Part shown: piece after piece, positions 1-21,494 of the stretch | Position numbering within the stretch: the first letter of the stretch is position 1 | Layout: each line of letters begins with the position of its first letter | Source: the human T2T-CHM13v2.0 reference genome, Homo sapiens | Length of the DNA: 64,000 bases | Assembly: GCF_009914755.1 (NCBI RefSeq) | Contig: NC_060948.1 | Direction: 5' to 3' (one strand) | Made by a program: the position numbers and the translations under genes | Notes under the pieces: model-generated | Seen by the model: only the letters and a program-made list of their open reading frames with translations | The model's database searches: none | Told to the model about the DNA's origin: nothing

Positions 1-280
1 TCTGACCTTTGAAAGACACAGCACAGACAGTGGTCCTTAGGACGAAGAGCAGGAGACCCCTAATTCCGTCACCATGGCGATAGGGCATAAACATTGCTGG
101 GTGAGGGCACATTCCACATTGTGAGGTCCAACTGCTGCCAGGAAGACAGGAGTGCTTTTACATAGACCGAAAGGTCATTGAAGGCTCAGAGTTTTGTTTC
201 AAGAACTGAATCCCAAGCCCACACGTTATTAGGCTGCGCTTCTTAAAACAAGTTATGAGATGGGAAAAAGGGCACCCACA
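1..280. repeat. Partial complex (HSATI-like) subunit of a DYZ2 unit cut by the window edge
   Basis: Nearly identical to 2421-2700. Confidence 0.75.
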
Positions 281-2134
<1,854 letters not shown>

Positions 2135-2700
2135 AGATCCATATTTTTTAAATGAAAAAAAATTTCAAAGGTACTCTCCTTGGTACAATAATCAAATGTA
2201 TAAACTGAGGAATAAAATATAACCATGAAACCTACTTATAAGTGCATATGGAAAATACAGAGGATAATTTTTTAAATAACATATTTTGAAAGCCTTAACT
2301 AGTAATTTGAAGAGTTGGCATTTGAAAGGCCAGTATGAATATACCTTCAAAGCAGCAACACAGGTTCCCCATGAGAAAAAGCAAACTCAGGGAAAATAAA
2401 ACCACAAAGGTTCAATCTCTTCTGACCTTTGAAAGACACAGCACAGACAGTGGTCCTTAGGACGAAGAGCAGGAGACCCCTAATTCCGTCACCATGGCGA
2501 TAGGGCATAAACATTGCTTGGTGAGGGCACAATCCACATTGTGAGGTCCAACTGCTGCCAGGAAGACAGGAGTGCTTTTACATAGACCGAAAGGTCATTG
2601 AAGGCTCAGAGTTTTGTTTCAAGAACTGAATCCCAAGCCCACACGTTATTAGGCTGCGCTTCTTAAAACAAGTTATGAGATGGGAAAAAGGGCACCCACA
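2135..2700. repeat. Complex subunit of DYZ2, corresponding to the HSATI repeat-library entry (~565 bp; follows every Alu copy)
   Basis: Non-Alu, non-simple segment between the Alu 5' end and the AT-rich block. Length and position fit the described HSATI part of DYZ2. The name comes from recall, not from an alignment. Confidence 0.75.
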
Positions 2701-4554
<1,854 letters not shown>

Positions 4555-6659
4555 AGATCCATATTTTTTAAATGAAAAAAAATTTCAAAGGTACTCTGCT
4601 TGGTACAATAATCAAATGTATAAACTGAGGAATAAAACATAACCATGAAACCTACTTATAACTGCATATGGAAAATACAGAGGATAATTTTTTAAATAAC
4701 ATATTTTGAAAGCCTTAACTAGTAATTTGAAGAGTTGGCATTTGAAAGGCCAGTATGAATATACCTTCAAAGCAGCAACACAGGTTCCCCATGAGAAAAA
4801 GCAAACTCAGGGAAAATAAAACCACAAAGGTTCAATCTCTTCTGACCTTTGAAAGACACAGCACAGACAGTGGTCCTTAGGACGAAGAGCAGGAGACCCC
4901 TAATTCCGTCACCATGGCGATAGGGCATAAACATTGCTTGGTGAGGGCACAATCCACATTGTGAGGTCCAACTGCTGCCAGGAAGACAGGAGTGCTTTTA
5001 CATAGACCGAAAGGTCATTGAAGGCTCAGAGTTTTGTTTCAAGAACTGAATCCCAAGCCCACACGTTATTAGGCTGCGCTTCTTAAAACAAGTTATGAGA
5101 TGGGAAAAAGGGCACCCACAGACATACGTATACATTATGTATATAATAATATACAGTATCATATATATAATATATATAACCTATGTATAATATTGTTTTA
5201 CATCCTGCATCTTATATTATATATATTGTATAAAATACAATAATTGATAATATATAAGTTTTATATTTATACAATATGACATATAGTATAAATTATAATT
5301 TATGACATATAATATATATGTTATATATCATATATAGAATATATTATACGGTTAATATACGTATTAAATATAAATTATACATTATATATATTATATATAA
5401 TATATCTGCTATATATAATACCCATTATGCATAATATATATATTATGTCTATGTTATATATAGTATAAAACAACATATAATAATATATAATTGTATATAT
5501 AAAATGCGACATATAATATATAATATATTTTATGACATATGTAATATATATTATATATTATATATAATACGTTGTATGTATAATAACTAAATTAAATATA
5601 TATTATATGACTATGTTATTAATTACATGTCACATATGTTATATATTATATATTTTACATAGAATGTACCGGTTACATACAATATATACTATGTTTCCTA
5701 TAATGTATAATTTCTTACATGTAAAATAAAGAATGCAATATATTATGTATAATTTATAATATACAATATGTGGAATGTGATATATATAACATATAATATA
5801 TGATATATGATATACAGTATATGATATATAACATACAATATATGATACCTAACATATATGGTATACAATATATATTTTATGCTATGTATTCTCTATGTTT
5901 TATATTCTGTTATATATAACTATTTGAAATTATATATAACTGAGTAATATTTTATGTAAATATGTAATATAATATATATAACTATATAATATATTATATA
6001 TAACTATATATTATGTTATATATACTTTTATAACATAATTTACATAAAATATCATTATATAATATATATTATATTATTTCATATTACATAATATATATTA
6101 CATATCACCCAATATAAGTAACATACATAATATTATAATATAGATTATATTATGTTATATTAAATATCATATATATCATGTATCATATATTCTATAATAT
6201 ATATTATACATTATATAATATGTATGTTGTCTATTATGTGATATATATAACTATATATATAATTATATTATTATACATATATCTAGATAAACATGTAATT
6301 CTACATATTTTCATTTATAATATATAGAATTACATAATCATATATAATTATTTATATTCTATAAAAAATTATATCATTATATAAATTATAATATATAAAA
6401 ATTATAATATGTACTACAAATATATATATTATATATCATATATGATATAGTACCTTTGTTATATATCATAATACATATAAATGTGTATTATGTTATCTAT
6501 AATTATATAATTTCATATATAAGATGTATAATATTTATTATATATTATATATGTTATGTAATATATATAGTATATATAAGATGACCCAGGATAAATATTA
6601 TATACTATGACATATAAAATATATGAGGTTATATGTTACATATAAGGCATAGCACATAA

Positions 6660-6974
<315 letters not shown>

Positions 6975-9102
6975 AGATCCATATTTTTTAAATGAAAAAA
7001 AATTTCAAAGGTACTCTGCTTGGTACAATAATCAAATGTATAAACTGAGGAATAAAACATAACCATGAAACCTACTTATAAGTGCATATGGAAAATACAG
7101 AGGATAATTTTTTAAATAACATATTTTGAAAGCCTTAACTAGTAATTTGAAGAGTTGGCATTTGAAAGGCCAGTATGAATATACCTTCAAAGCAGCAACA
7201 CAGGTTCCCCATGAGAAAAAGCAAACTCAGGGAAAATAAAACCACAAAGGTTCAATCTCTTCTGACCTTTGAAAGACACAGCACAGACAGTGGTCCTTAG
7301 GACGAAGAGCAGGAGACCCCTAATTCCGTCACCATGGCGATAGGGCATAAACATTGCTTGGTGAGGGCACAATCCACATTGTGAGGTCCAACTGCTGCCA
7401 GGAAGACAGGAGTGCTTTTACATAGACCGAAAGGTCATTGAAGGCTCAGAGTTTTGTTTCAAGAACTGAATCCCAAGCCCACACGTTATTAGGCTGCGCT
7501 TCTTAAAACAAGTTATGAGATGGGAAAAAGGGCACCCACAGACATACGTATACATTATGTATATAATAATATACAGTATCATATATATAATATATATAAC
7601 CTATGTATAATATTGTTTTACATCCTGCATCTTATATTATATATATTGTATAAAATATAATAATTGATAATATATAAGCTTTATATTTATACAATATGAC
7701 ATATAGTATATATTATAATTTATGACATATATTATATATGTTATATATCATATATAGAATATATTATACGGTTAATATACGTATTAAATATAAATTATAC
7801 ATTATATATATTATATATAATATATCTGCTATATATAATACCCATTATGCATAATATATATATTATGTCTATGTTATATATAGTATAAAACAACATATAA
7901 TAATATATAATTGTATATATAAAATGCGACATATAATATATATTATATTTTATGACATATGTAATATATATTATATATTATATATAATACGTTGTATGTA
8001 TAATACCTATATTAAATATATATTATATGACTATGTTATTAATTACATGTCACATATGTTATATATTATCTATTTTGCATAGAATGTACCGGATACATAC
8101 AATATATACTATGTTACCTATGATGTATAATTTATTACATGTCAAATAAGGAATGCAATATATTATGTATAATTTATAATATACAATATGTGGAATGTGA
8201 TATATATAACATATAATATATGATATATGATATACAGTATATGATATATAACATACAATATATGATACCTAACATATATGGTATACAATATATATTTTAT
8301 GATATGTATTCTCTATGTTTTATATTCTGTTATATATAACTATTTGAACTTATATATAACTGTGTAATATTTTATGTAAATATGTAATATAATATATATA
8401 ACTATATAATATATTATATATAACTATATATTATGTTATATATACTTTTATAACATAATTTACATAAAATATCATAATATAATATATATTATATTATTTC
8501 ATATTACATAATATATATTACATATCACCCAATATAAGTAACATACATAATATTACAATATAGATTATATTATGTTATATTAAATCTCATATATATCATG
8601 TATCATATATTGTATAATATATATTATACATTATATAATATGTTTGTTGTCTATTATGTGATATATATAACTATATATATAATTATAATATTATACATAT
8701 AACTAGATAAACATGTAATTCTACATGTTTTCATTTATAATATATAGAATTATATAATCATATATAATTATTTATATTCTATAAAAAATTATATCATTAT
8801 ATAAATTATAATATATAAAAATTATAATATGTACTACAAATATATATATTATATATCATATATGATATAGTACCTTTGTTATATATCATAATACATATAA
8901 ATGTGTAGTATGTTATCTATAATTATATAATTTCATATATAAGATGTATAATATGTGTTATATATTATATATGTTATGTAATATATATAGTATATATAAG
9001 ATGACACAGGATAAATATTATATACTATGACATATAAAATATATGAGGTTATATGTTACATATAAGGCATAGCACATAACATGTAATATATATCATCTAT
9101 AA

Positions 9103-9394
9103 TTTTTTTTTAGACAGAGTCTTGTCCTGTTGCACAGGGTGGAGTACAATTGCGCCATCTTTGCTCACTGCAACATCTGCCTCACGGGTCCAAGCGATTG
9201 TCCTCCCTCAGCCTCCTAGGTAGCTGGGACTACACCACACTGGGACTACACCAGCTGCCACCATGCCTAGCTAATTTTTTGGATTTTTAGTAGTGACAGC
9301 GTTTCACTGTATTGGCCAGGATGGTCTTGATCTCTTCACCTTGTGATCCCCTTGCCTTGGCCTCCAAATTCGCTGGGATTACAGGCCTGAGCCA
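9103..9394 (-). mobile_element. Alu copy within DYZ2 unit
   Basis: Near-identical copy of 1843-2134. Confidence 0.92.
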
Positions 9395-11499
9395 AGATCC
9401 ATATTTTTTAAATGAAAAAAAATTTCAAAGGTACTCTGCTTGGTACAATAATCAAATGTATAAACTGAGGAATAAAACATAACCATGAAACCTACTTATA
9501 ACTGCATATGGAAAATACAGAGGATAATTTTTTAAATAACATATTTTGAAAGCCTTAACTAGTAATTTGAAGAGTTGGCATTTGAAAGGCCAGTATGAAT
9601 ATACCTTCAAAGCAGCAACACAGGTTCCCCATGAGAAAAAGCAAACTCAGGGAAAATAAAACCACAAAGGTTCAATCTCTTCTGACCTTTGAAAGACACA
9701 GCACAGACAGTGGTCCTTAGGACGAAGAGCAGGAGACCCCTAATTCCGTCACCATGGCGATAGGGCATAAACATTGCTGGGTGAGGGCACAATCCACATT
9801 GTGAGGTCCAACTGCTGCCAGGAAGACAGGAGTGCTTTTACATAGACCGAAAGGTCATTGAAGGCTCAGAGTTTTGTTTCAAGAACTGAATCCCAAGCCC
9901 ACACGTTATTAGGCTGCGCTTCTTAAAACAAGTTATGAGATGGGAAAAAGGGCACCCACAAACATACGTATACATTATGTATATAATAATATACAGTATC
10001 ATATATATAATATATATAACCTATGTATAATATTGTTTTACATCCTGCATCTTATATTATATATATTGTATAAAATATAATAATTGACAATATATAAGTT
10101 TTATATTTATACAATATGACATATAGTATATATTATAATTTATGACATATATTATATATGTTATATATCATATATAGAAAATATTATACGGTTAATATAC
10201 GTATTAAATATAAATTATACATTATATATATTATATATAATATCTCTGCTATATATAATATCCATTATGCATAATATATATATTATGTCTATGTTATATA
10301 TAGTATAAAACAACATATAATAATATATAATTGTATATATAAAATGCGACATATAATATATATTATATTTTATGACATATGTAATATATATTATATATTA
10401 TATATAATACGTTGTATGTATAATACGTATATTAAATATATATTATATGACTATGTTATTAATTACATGTCACATATGTTATATATTATATATTTTACAT
10501 AGAATGTACCGGTTACATACAATATATACTATGTTACATATAACGTATAATTTATTACATGTAAAATAAAGAATGCAATATATTATGTATAATTTATAAT
10601 ATACAATATGTGGAATGTGATATATATAACATATAATATATGATATATGATATACAGTATATGATATATAACCTATAATATATGATACCTAACATATATG
10701 GTATACAATATATATTTTATGATATGTATTCTCTATGTTTTATATTCTCTTATAGATAACTATTTGAAATTATATATAACTGTGTAATATTTTATGTAAA
10801 TTTGTAATATAATATATATAACTATATAATATATTATATATAACTATATATTATGTTATATATACTTTTATAACATAATTTACATAAAATATCATAATAT
10901 AATATATATTATATTATTTCATATTACATAATATATATTACATATCACCCAATATAAGTAACATACATAATATTATAATATAGATTATATTATGTTATAT
11001 TAAATATCATATATATCATGTATCATATATTCTATAATATATATTATACATTATATAATATGTATGTTGTCTATTATGTGATATATATAACTATATATAT
11101 AATTATATTATTATACATATAACTAGATAAACATGTAATTCTACATGTTTTCATTTATAATATATAGAATTATATAATCATATATAATTATTTATATTCT
11201 ATAAAAAATTATATCATTATATAAATTATAATATATAAAAATTATAATATGTACTACAAATATATATATTATATATCATATATGATATAGTAACTTTGTT
11301 ATATATCATAATACACATAAATGTGTATTATGTTATCTATAATTATATAATTTCATATATAAGATGTATAATATGTGTTATATATTATATATGTTATGTA
11401 ATATATATAGTATATATAAGATGACACAGGATAAATATTATATACTATGACATATAAAATATATGAGGTTATATGTTACATATAAGGCATACCACATAA

Positions 11500-11814
<315 letters not shown>

Positions 11815-13919
11815 AGATCCATATTTTTTAAATGAAAAACAATTTCAAAGGTACTCTGCTTGGTACAATAATCAAATGTATAAACTGAGGAATAAAACAT
11901 AACCATCAAACCTACTTATAACTGCATATGGAAAATACAGAGGATAATTTTTTAAATAACATATTTTGAAAGCCTTAACTAGTAATTTGAAGAGTTGGCA
12001 TTTGAAAGGCCAGTATGAATATACCTTCAAAGCAGCAACACAGGTTCCCCATGAGAAAAAGCAAACTCAGGGAAAATAAAACCACAAAGGTTCAATCTCT
12101 TCTGACCTTTGAAAGACACAGCACAGACAGTGGTCCTTAGGACGAAGAGCAGGAGACCCCTAATTCCGTCACCATGGCGATAGGGCATAAACATTGCTTG
12201 GTGAGGGCACAATCCACATTGTGAGGTCCAACTGCTGCCAGGAAGACAGGAGTGCTTTTACATAGACCGAAAGGTCATTGAAGGCTCAGAGTTTTGTTTC
12301 AAGAACTGAATCCCAAGCCCACACGTTATTAGGCTGCGCTTCTTAAAACAAGTTATGAGATGGGAAAAAGGGCACCCACAGACATACGTATACATTATGT
12401 ATATAATAATATACAGTATCATATATATAATATATATAACCTATGTATAATATTGTTTTACATCCTGCATCTTATATTATATATATTGTATAAAATATAA
12501 TAATTGATAATATATAAGTTTTATATTTATACAATATGACATATAGTATATATTATAATTTATGACATATATAATGTATGTTATATATCATATATAGAAT
12601 ATATTATACGGTTAATATACGTATTAAATATGAATTATACATTATATATATTATATATAATATATCTGTTATATATAATACCCATTATGCATAATATATA
12701 TATTATGTCTATGTTATATATAGTATAAAACAACATATAATAATATATAATTGTGTATATAATATGCGACATATAATATATATTATATTTTATGACATAT
12801 GTAATATATATTATATATTATATATAATACGTTGTATGTATAATACCTATAATAAATATATATTATATGACTATGTTACTAATTACATGTCACATGTGTT
12901 ATATATTATATATTTTACATAGAATATACCGGTTACATACAATATATACTATGTTACCTATAATGTATAATTTATTACATGTGAAATAAAGAATGCAATA
13001 TATTATGTATAATTTATAATACACAATATGTGGAATGTGATATATATAACATATAATATATGATATATGATATACAGTATATGATATATAACATACAATA
13101 TATGATACCTAATATATATGGTATACAATATATATTTTATGATATGTATTCCATATGTTTTATATTCTGTTATATATAACTATTTGAAATTATATATAAT
13201 TGTATAATATTTTATGTAAATATGTAATATAATATATATAACTATATAATATATTATATATAACTATATATTATGTTATATATACTTTTATAACATAATT
13301 TACATAAAATATCATAATATAATATATATTATATTATTTCATATTACATAATATATATTACATATCACCCAATATAAGTAACATACATAATATTATAATA
13401 TAGATTATATTATGTTATATTAAATATCATATATATCATGTATCATATAATCTATCATATATATTATACATTATATAATATGTATGTTGTCTATTATGTG
13501 ATATATATAACTATATATATAATTATATTATTATACATATAACTAGATAAACATGTAATTCTACATATTTTCATTTATAATATATAGAATTATATAATCA
13601 TATATAATTATTTATATTCTATAAAAAATTATATCATTATATAAATTATAATATGTAAAAATTATAATATGTACTACAAATATATATATTATATATCATA
13701 TATGATATGGTACCTTTGTTATATATCATAATACATATAAATGTGTATTATGTTATCTATAATTATATAATTTCATATATAAGATGTATAATATTTATTA
13801 TATATTGTATATGTTATATAATATATATAGTATATATAAGATGACACAGGATAAATATTATATACTATGACATATAAAATATATGAGGTTATATGTTACA
13901 TATAAGGTATAGCACATAA

Positions 13920-14234
<315 letters not shown>

Positions 14235-16339
14235 AGATCCATATTTTTTAAATGAAAAAAAATTTCAAAGGTACTCTGCTTGGTACAATAATCAAATGTA
14301 TAAACTGAGGAATAAAACATAACCATGAAACCTACTTATAACTGCATATGGAAAATACAGAGGATAATTTTTTAAATAACATATTTTGAAAGCCTTAACT
14401 AGTAATTTGAAGAGTTGGCATTTGAAAGGCCAGTATGAATATACCTTCAAAGCAGCAACACAGGTTCCCCATGAGAAAAAGCAAACTCAGGGAAAATAAA
14501 ACCACAAAGGTTCAATCTCTTCTGACCTTTGAAAGACACAGCACAGACAGTGGTCCTTAGGACGAAGAGCAGGAGACCCCTAATTCCGTCACCATGGCGA
14601 TAGGGCATAAACATTGCTTGGTGAGGGCACAATCCACATTGTGAGGTCCAACTGCTGCCAGGAAGACAGGAGTGCTTTTACATAGACCGAAAGGTCATTG
14701 AAGGCTCAGAGTTTTGTTTCAAGAACTGAATCCCAAGCCCACACGTTATTAGGCTGCGCTTCTTAAAACAAGTTATGAGATGGGAAAAAGGGCACCCACA
14801 GACATACGTATACATTATGTATATAATAATATACAGTATCATATATATAATATATATAACCTATGTATAATATTGTTTTACATCCTGCATCTTATATTAT
14901 ATATATTGTATAAAATACAATAATTGATAATATATAAGTTTTATATTTATACAATATGACATATAGTATAAATTATAATTTATGACATATAATATATATG
15001 TTATATATCATATATAGAATATATTATACGGTTAATATACGTATTAAATATAAATTATACATTATATATATTATATATAATATATCTGCTATATATAATA
15101 CCCATTATGCATAATATATATATTATGTCTATGTTATATATAGTATAAAACAACATATAATAATATATAATTGTATATATAAAATGCGACATATAATATA
15201 TAATATATTTTATGACATATGTAATATATATTATATATTATATATAATACGTTGTATGTATAATAACTAAATTAAATATATATTATATGACTATGTTATT
15301 AATTACATGTCACATATGTTATATATTATATATTTTACATAGAATGTACCGGTTACATACAATATATACTATGTTTCCTATAATGTATAATTTCTTACAT
15401 GTAAAATAAAGAATGCAATATATTATGTATAATTTATAATATACAATATGTGGAATGTGATATATATAACATATAATATATGATATATGATATACAGTAT
15501 ATGATATATAACATACAATATATGATACCTAACATATATGGTATACAATATATATTTTATGCTATGTATTCTCTATGTTTTATATTCTGTTATATATAAC
15601 TATTTGAAATTATATATAACTGAGTAATATTTTATGTAAATATGTAATATAATATATATAACTATATAATATATTATATATAACTATATATTATGTTATA
15701 TATACTTTTATAACATAATTTACATAAAATATCATTATATAATATATATTATATTATTTCATATTACATAATATATATTACATATCACCCAATATAAGTA
15801 ACATACATAATATTATAATATAGATTATATTATGTTATATTAAATATCATATATATCATGTATCATATATTCTATAATATATATTATACATTATATAATA
15901 TGTATGTTGTCTATTATGTGATATATATAACTATATATATAATTATATTATTATACATATATCTAGATAAACATGTAATTCTACATATTTTCATTTATAA
16001 TATATAGAATTACATAATCATATATAATTATTTATATTCTATAAAAAATTATATCATTATATAAATTATAATATATAAAAATTATAATATGTACTACAAA
16101 TATATATATTATATATCATATATGATATAGTACCTTTGTTATATATCATAATACATATAAATGTGTATTATGTTATCTATAATTATATAATTTCATATAT
16201 AAGATGTATAATATTTATTATATATTATATATGTTATGTAATATATATAGTATATATAAGATGACCCAGGATAAATATTATATACTATGACATATAAAAT
16301 ATATGAGGTTATATGTTACATATAAGGCATAGCACATAA

Positions 16340-16654
<315 letters not shown>

Positions 16655-18782
16655 AGATCCATATTTTTTAAATGAAAAAAAATTTCAAAGGTACTCTGCT
16701 TGGTACAATAATCAAATGTATAAACTGAGGAATAAAACATAACCATGAAACCTACTTATAAGTGCATATGGAAAATACAGAGGATAATTTTTTAAATAAC
16801 ATATTTTGAAAGCCTTAACTAGTAATTTGAAGAGTTGGCATTTGAAAGGCCAGTATGAATATACCTTCAAAGCAGCAACACAGGTTCCCCATGAGAAAAA
16901 GCAAACTCAGGGAAAATAAAACCACAAAGGTTCAATCTCTTCTGACCTTTGAAAGACACAGCACAGACAGTGGTCCTTAGGACGAAGAGCAGGAGACCCC
17001 TAATTCCGTCACCATGGCGATAGGGCATAAACATTGCTTGGTGAGGGCACAATCCACATTGTGAGGTCCAACTGCTGCCAGGAAGACAGGAGTGCTTTTA
17101 CATAGACCGAAAGGTCATTGAAGGCTCAGAGTTTTGTTTCAAGAACTGAATCCCAAGCCCACACGTTATTAGGCTGCGCTTCTTAAAACAAGTTATGAGA
17201 TGGGAAAAAGGGCACCCACAGACATACGTATACATTATGTATATAATAATATACAGTATCATATATATAATATATATAACCTATGTATAATATTGTTTTA
17301 CATCCTGCATCTTATATTATATATATTGTATAAAATATAATAATTGATAATATATAAGCTTTATATTTATACAATATGACATATAGTATATATTATAATT
17401 TATGACATATATTATATATGTTATATATCATATATAGAATATATTATACGGTTAATATACGTATTAAATATAAATTATACATTATATATATTATATATAA
17501 TATATCTGCTATATATAATACCCATTATGCATAATATATATATTATGTCTATGTTATATATAGTATAAAACAACATATAATAATATATAATTGTATATAT
17601 AAAATGCGACATATAATATATATTATATTTTATGACATATGTAATATATATTATATATTATATATAATACGTTGTATGTATAATACCTATATTAAATATA
17701 TATTATATGACTATGTTATTAATTACATGTCACATATGTTATATATTATATATTTTGCATAGAATGTACCGGATACATACAATATATACTATGTTACCTA
17801 TGATGTATAATTTATTACATGTCAAATAAGGAATGCAATATATTATGTATAATTTATAATATACAATATGTGGAATGTGATATATATAACATATAATATA
17901 TGATATATGATATACAGTATATGATATATAACATACAATATATGATACCTAACATATATGGTATACAATATATATTTTATGATATGTATTCTCTATGTTT
18001 TATATTCTGTTATATATAACTATTTGAACTTATATATAACTGTGTAATATTTTATGTAAATATGTAATATAATATATATAACTATATAATATATTATATA
18101 TAACTATATATTATGTTATATATACTTTTATAACATAATTTACATAAAATATCATAATATAATATATATTATATTATTTCATATTACATAATATATATTA
18201 CATATCACCCAATATAAGTAACATACATAATATTACAATATAGATTATATTATGTTATATTAAATCTCATATATATCATGTATCATATATTGTATAATAT
18301 ATATTATACATTATATAATATGTTTGTTGTCTATTATGTGATATATATAACTATATATATAATTATAATATTATACATATAACTAGATAAACATGTAATT
18401 CTACATGTTTTCATTTATAATATATAGAATTATATAATCATATATAATTATTTATATTCTATAAAAAATTATATCATTATATAAATTATAATATATAAAA
18501 ATTATAATATGTACTACAAATATATATATTATATATCATATATGATATAGTACCTTTGTTATATATCATAATACATATAAATGTGTAGTATGTTATCTAT
18601 AATTATATAATTTCATATATAAGATGTATAATATGTGTTATATATTATATATGTTATGTAATATATATAGTATATATAAGATGACACAGGATAAATATTA
18701 TATACTATGACATATAAAATATATGAGGTTATATGTTACATATAAGGCATAGCACATAACATGTAATATATATCATCTATAA

Positions 18783-19074
18783 TTTTTTTTTAGACAGAGT
18801 CTTGTCCTGTTGCACAGGGTGGAGTACAATTGCGCCATCTTTGCTCACTGCAACATCTGCCTCACGGGTCCAAGCGATTGTCCTCCCTCAGCCTCCTAGG
18901 TAGCTGGGACTACACCACACTGGGACTACACCAGCTGCCACCATGCCTAGCTAATTTTTTGGATTTTTATTAGTGACAGCGTTTCACTGTATTGGCCAGG
19001 ATGGTCTTGATCTCTTCACCTTGTGATCCCCTTGCCTTGGCCTCCAAATTCGCTGGGATTACAGGCCTGAGCCA
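18783..19074 (-). mobile_element. Alu copy within DYZ2 unit
   Basis: Near-identical copy of 1843-2134. Confidence 0.92.
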
Positions 19075-21179
19075 AGATCCATATTTTTTAAATGAAAAAC
19101 AATTTCAAAGGTACTCTGCTTGGTACAATAATCAAATGTATAAACTGAGGAATAAAACATAACCATGAAACCTACTTATAACTGCATATGGAAAATACAG
19201 AGGATAATTTTTTAAATAACATATTTTGAAAGCCTTAACTAGTAATTTGAAGAGTTGGCATTTGAAAGGCCAGTATGAATATACCTTCAAAGCAGCAACA
19301 CAGGTTCCCCATGAGAAAAAGCAAACTCAGGGAAAATAAAACCACAAAGGTTCAATCTCTTCTGACCTTTGAAAGACACAGCACAGACAGTGGTCCTTAG
19401 GACGAAGAGCAGGAGACCCCTAATTCCGTCACCATGGCGATAGGGCATAAACATTGCTGGGTGAGGGCACAATCCACATTGTGAGGTCCAACTGCTGCCA
19501 GGAAGACAGGAGTGCTTTTACATAGACCGAAAGGTCATTGAAGGCTCAGAGTTTTGTTTCAAGAACTGAATCCCAAGCCCACACGTTATTAGGCTGCGCT
19601 TCTTAAAACAAGTTATGAGATGGGAAAAAGGGCACCCACAAACATACGTATACATTATGTATATAATAATATACAGTATCATATATATAATATATATAAC
19701 CTATGTATAATATTGGTTTACATCCTGCATCTTATATTATATATATTGTATAAAATATAATAATTGACAATATATAAGTTTTATATTTATACAATATGAC
19801 ATATAGTATATATTATAATTTATGACATATATTATATATGTTATATATCATATATAGAAAATATTATACGGTTAATATACGTATTAAATATAAATTATAC
19901 ATTATATATATTATATATAATATCTCTGCTATATATAATATCCATTATGCATAATATATATATTATGTCTATGTTATATATAGTATAAAACAACATATAA
20001 TAATATATAATTGTATATATAAAATGCGACATATAATATATATTATATTTTATGACATATGTAATATATATTATATATTATATATAATACGTTGTATGTA
20101 TAATACGTATATTAAATATATATTATATGACTATGTTATTAATTACATGTCACATATGTTATATATTATATATTTTACATAGAATGTACCGGTTACATAC
20201 AATATATACTATGTTACATATAACGTATAATTTATTACATGTAAAATAAAGAATGCAATATATTATGTATAATTTATAATATACAATATGTGGAATGTGA
20301 TATATATAACATATAATATATGATATATGATATACAGTATATGATATATAACCTATAATATATGATACCTAACATATATGGTATACAATATATATTTTAT
20401 GATATGTATTCTCTATGTTTTATATTCTCTTATAGATAACTATTTGAAATTATATATAACTGTGTAATATTTTATGTAAATTTGTAATATAATATATATA
20501 ACTATATAATATATTATATATAACTATATATTATGTTATATATACTTTTATAACATAATTTACATAAAATATCATAATATAATATATATTATATTATTTC
20601 ATATTACATAATATATATTACATATCACCCAATATAAGTAACATACATAATATTATAATATAGATTATATTATGTTATATTAAATATCATATATATCATG
20701 TATCATATATTCTATAATATATATTATACATTATATAATATGTATGTTGTCTATTATGTGATATATATAACTATATATATAATTATATTATTATACATAT
20801 AACTAGATAAACATGTAATTCTACATGTTTTCATTTATAATATATAGAATTATATAATCATATATAATTATTTATATTCTATAAAAAATTATATCATTAT
20901 ATAAATTATAATATATAAAAATTATAATATGTACTACAAATATATATATTATATATCATATATGATATAGTACCTTTGTTATATATCATAATACACATAA
21001 ATGTGTATTATGTTATCTATAATTATATAATTTCATATATAAGATGTATAATATGTGTTATATATTATATATGTTATGTAATATATATAGTATATATAAG
21101 ATGACACAGGATAAATATTATATACTATGACATATAAAATATATGAGGTTATATGTTACATATAAGGCATAGCACATAA

Positions 21180-21494
<315 letters not shown>

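Noticed and set aside
2405-2431. Small hairpin CAAAGGTTCA-N8-TGACCTTTG as a structured RNA or terminator
   Set aside because: It is a 9-bp stem with a bulge, is disrupted in five middle-block units (ggttcc), and shows no compensatory changes.
2347-2532. 61-aa minus-strand ORF (MCPH...VLLL) open in all 26 units
   Set aside because: It is short and has no recognisable domain. It persists because the units are nearly identical. Many of the variants change amino acids (Q/P, R/K, L/W, R/C, G/V, E/V), so there is no sign of purifying selection. Ribo-seq or proteomics would be needed to rescue it.
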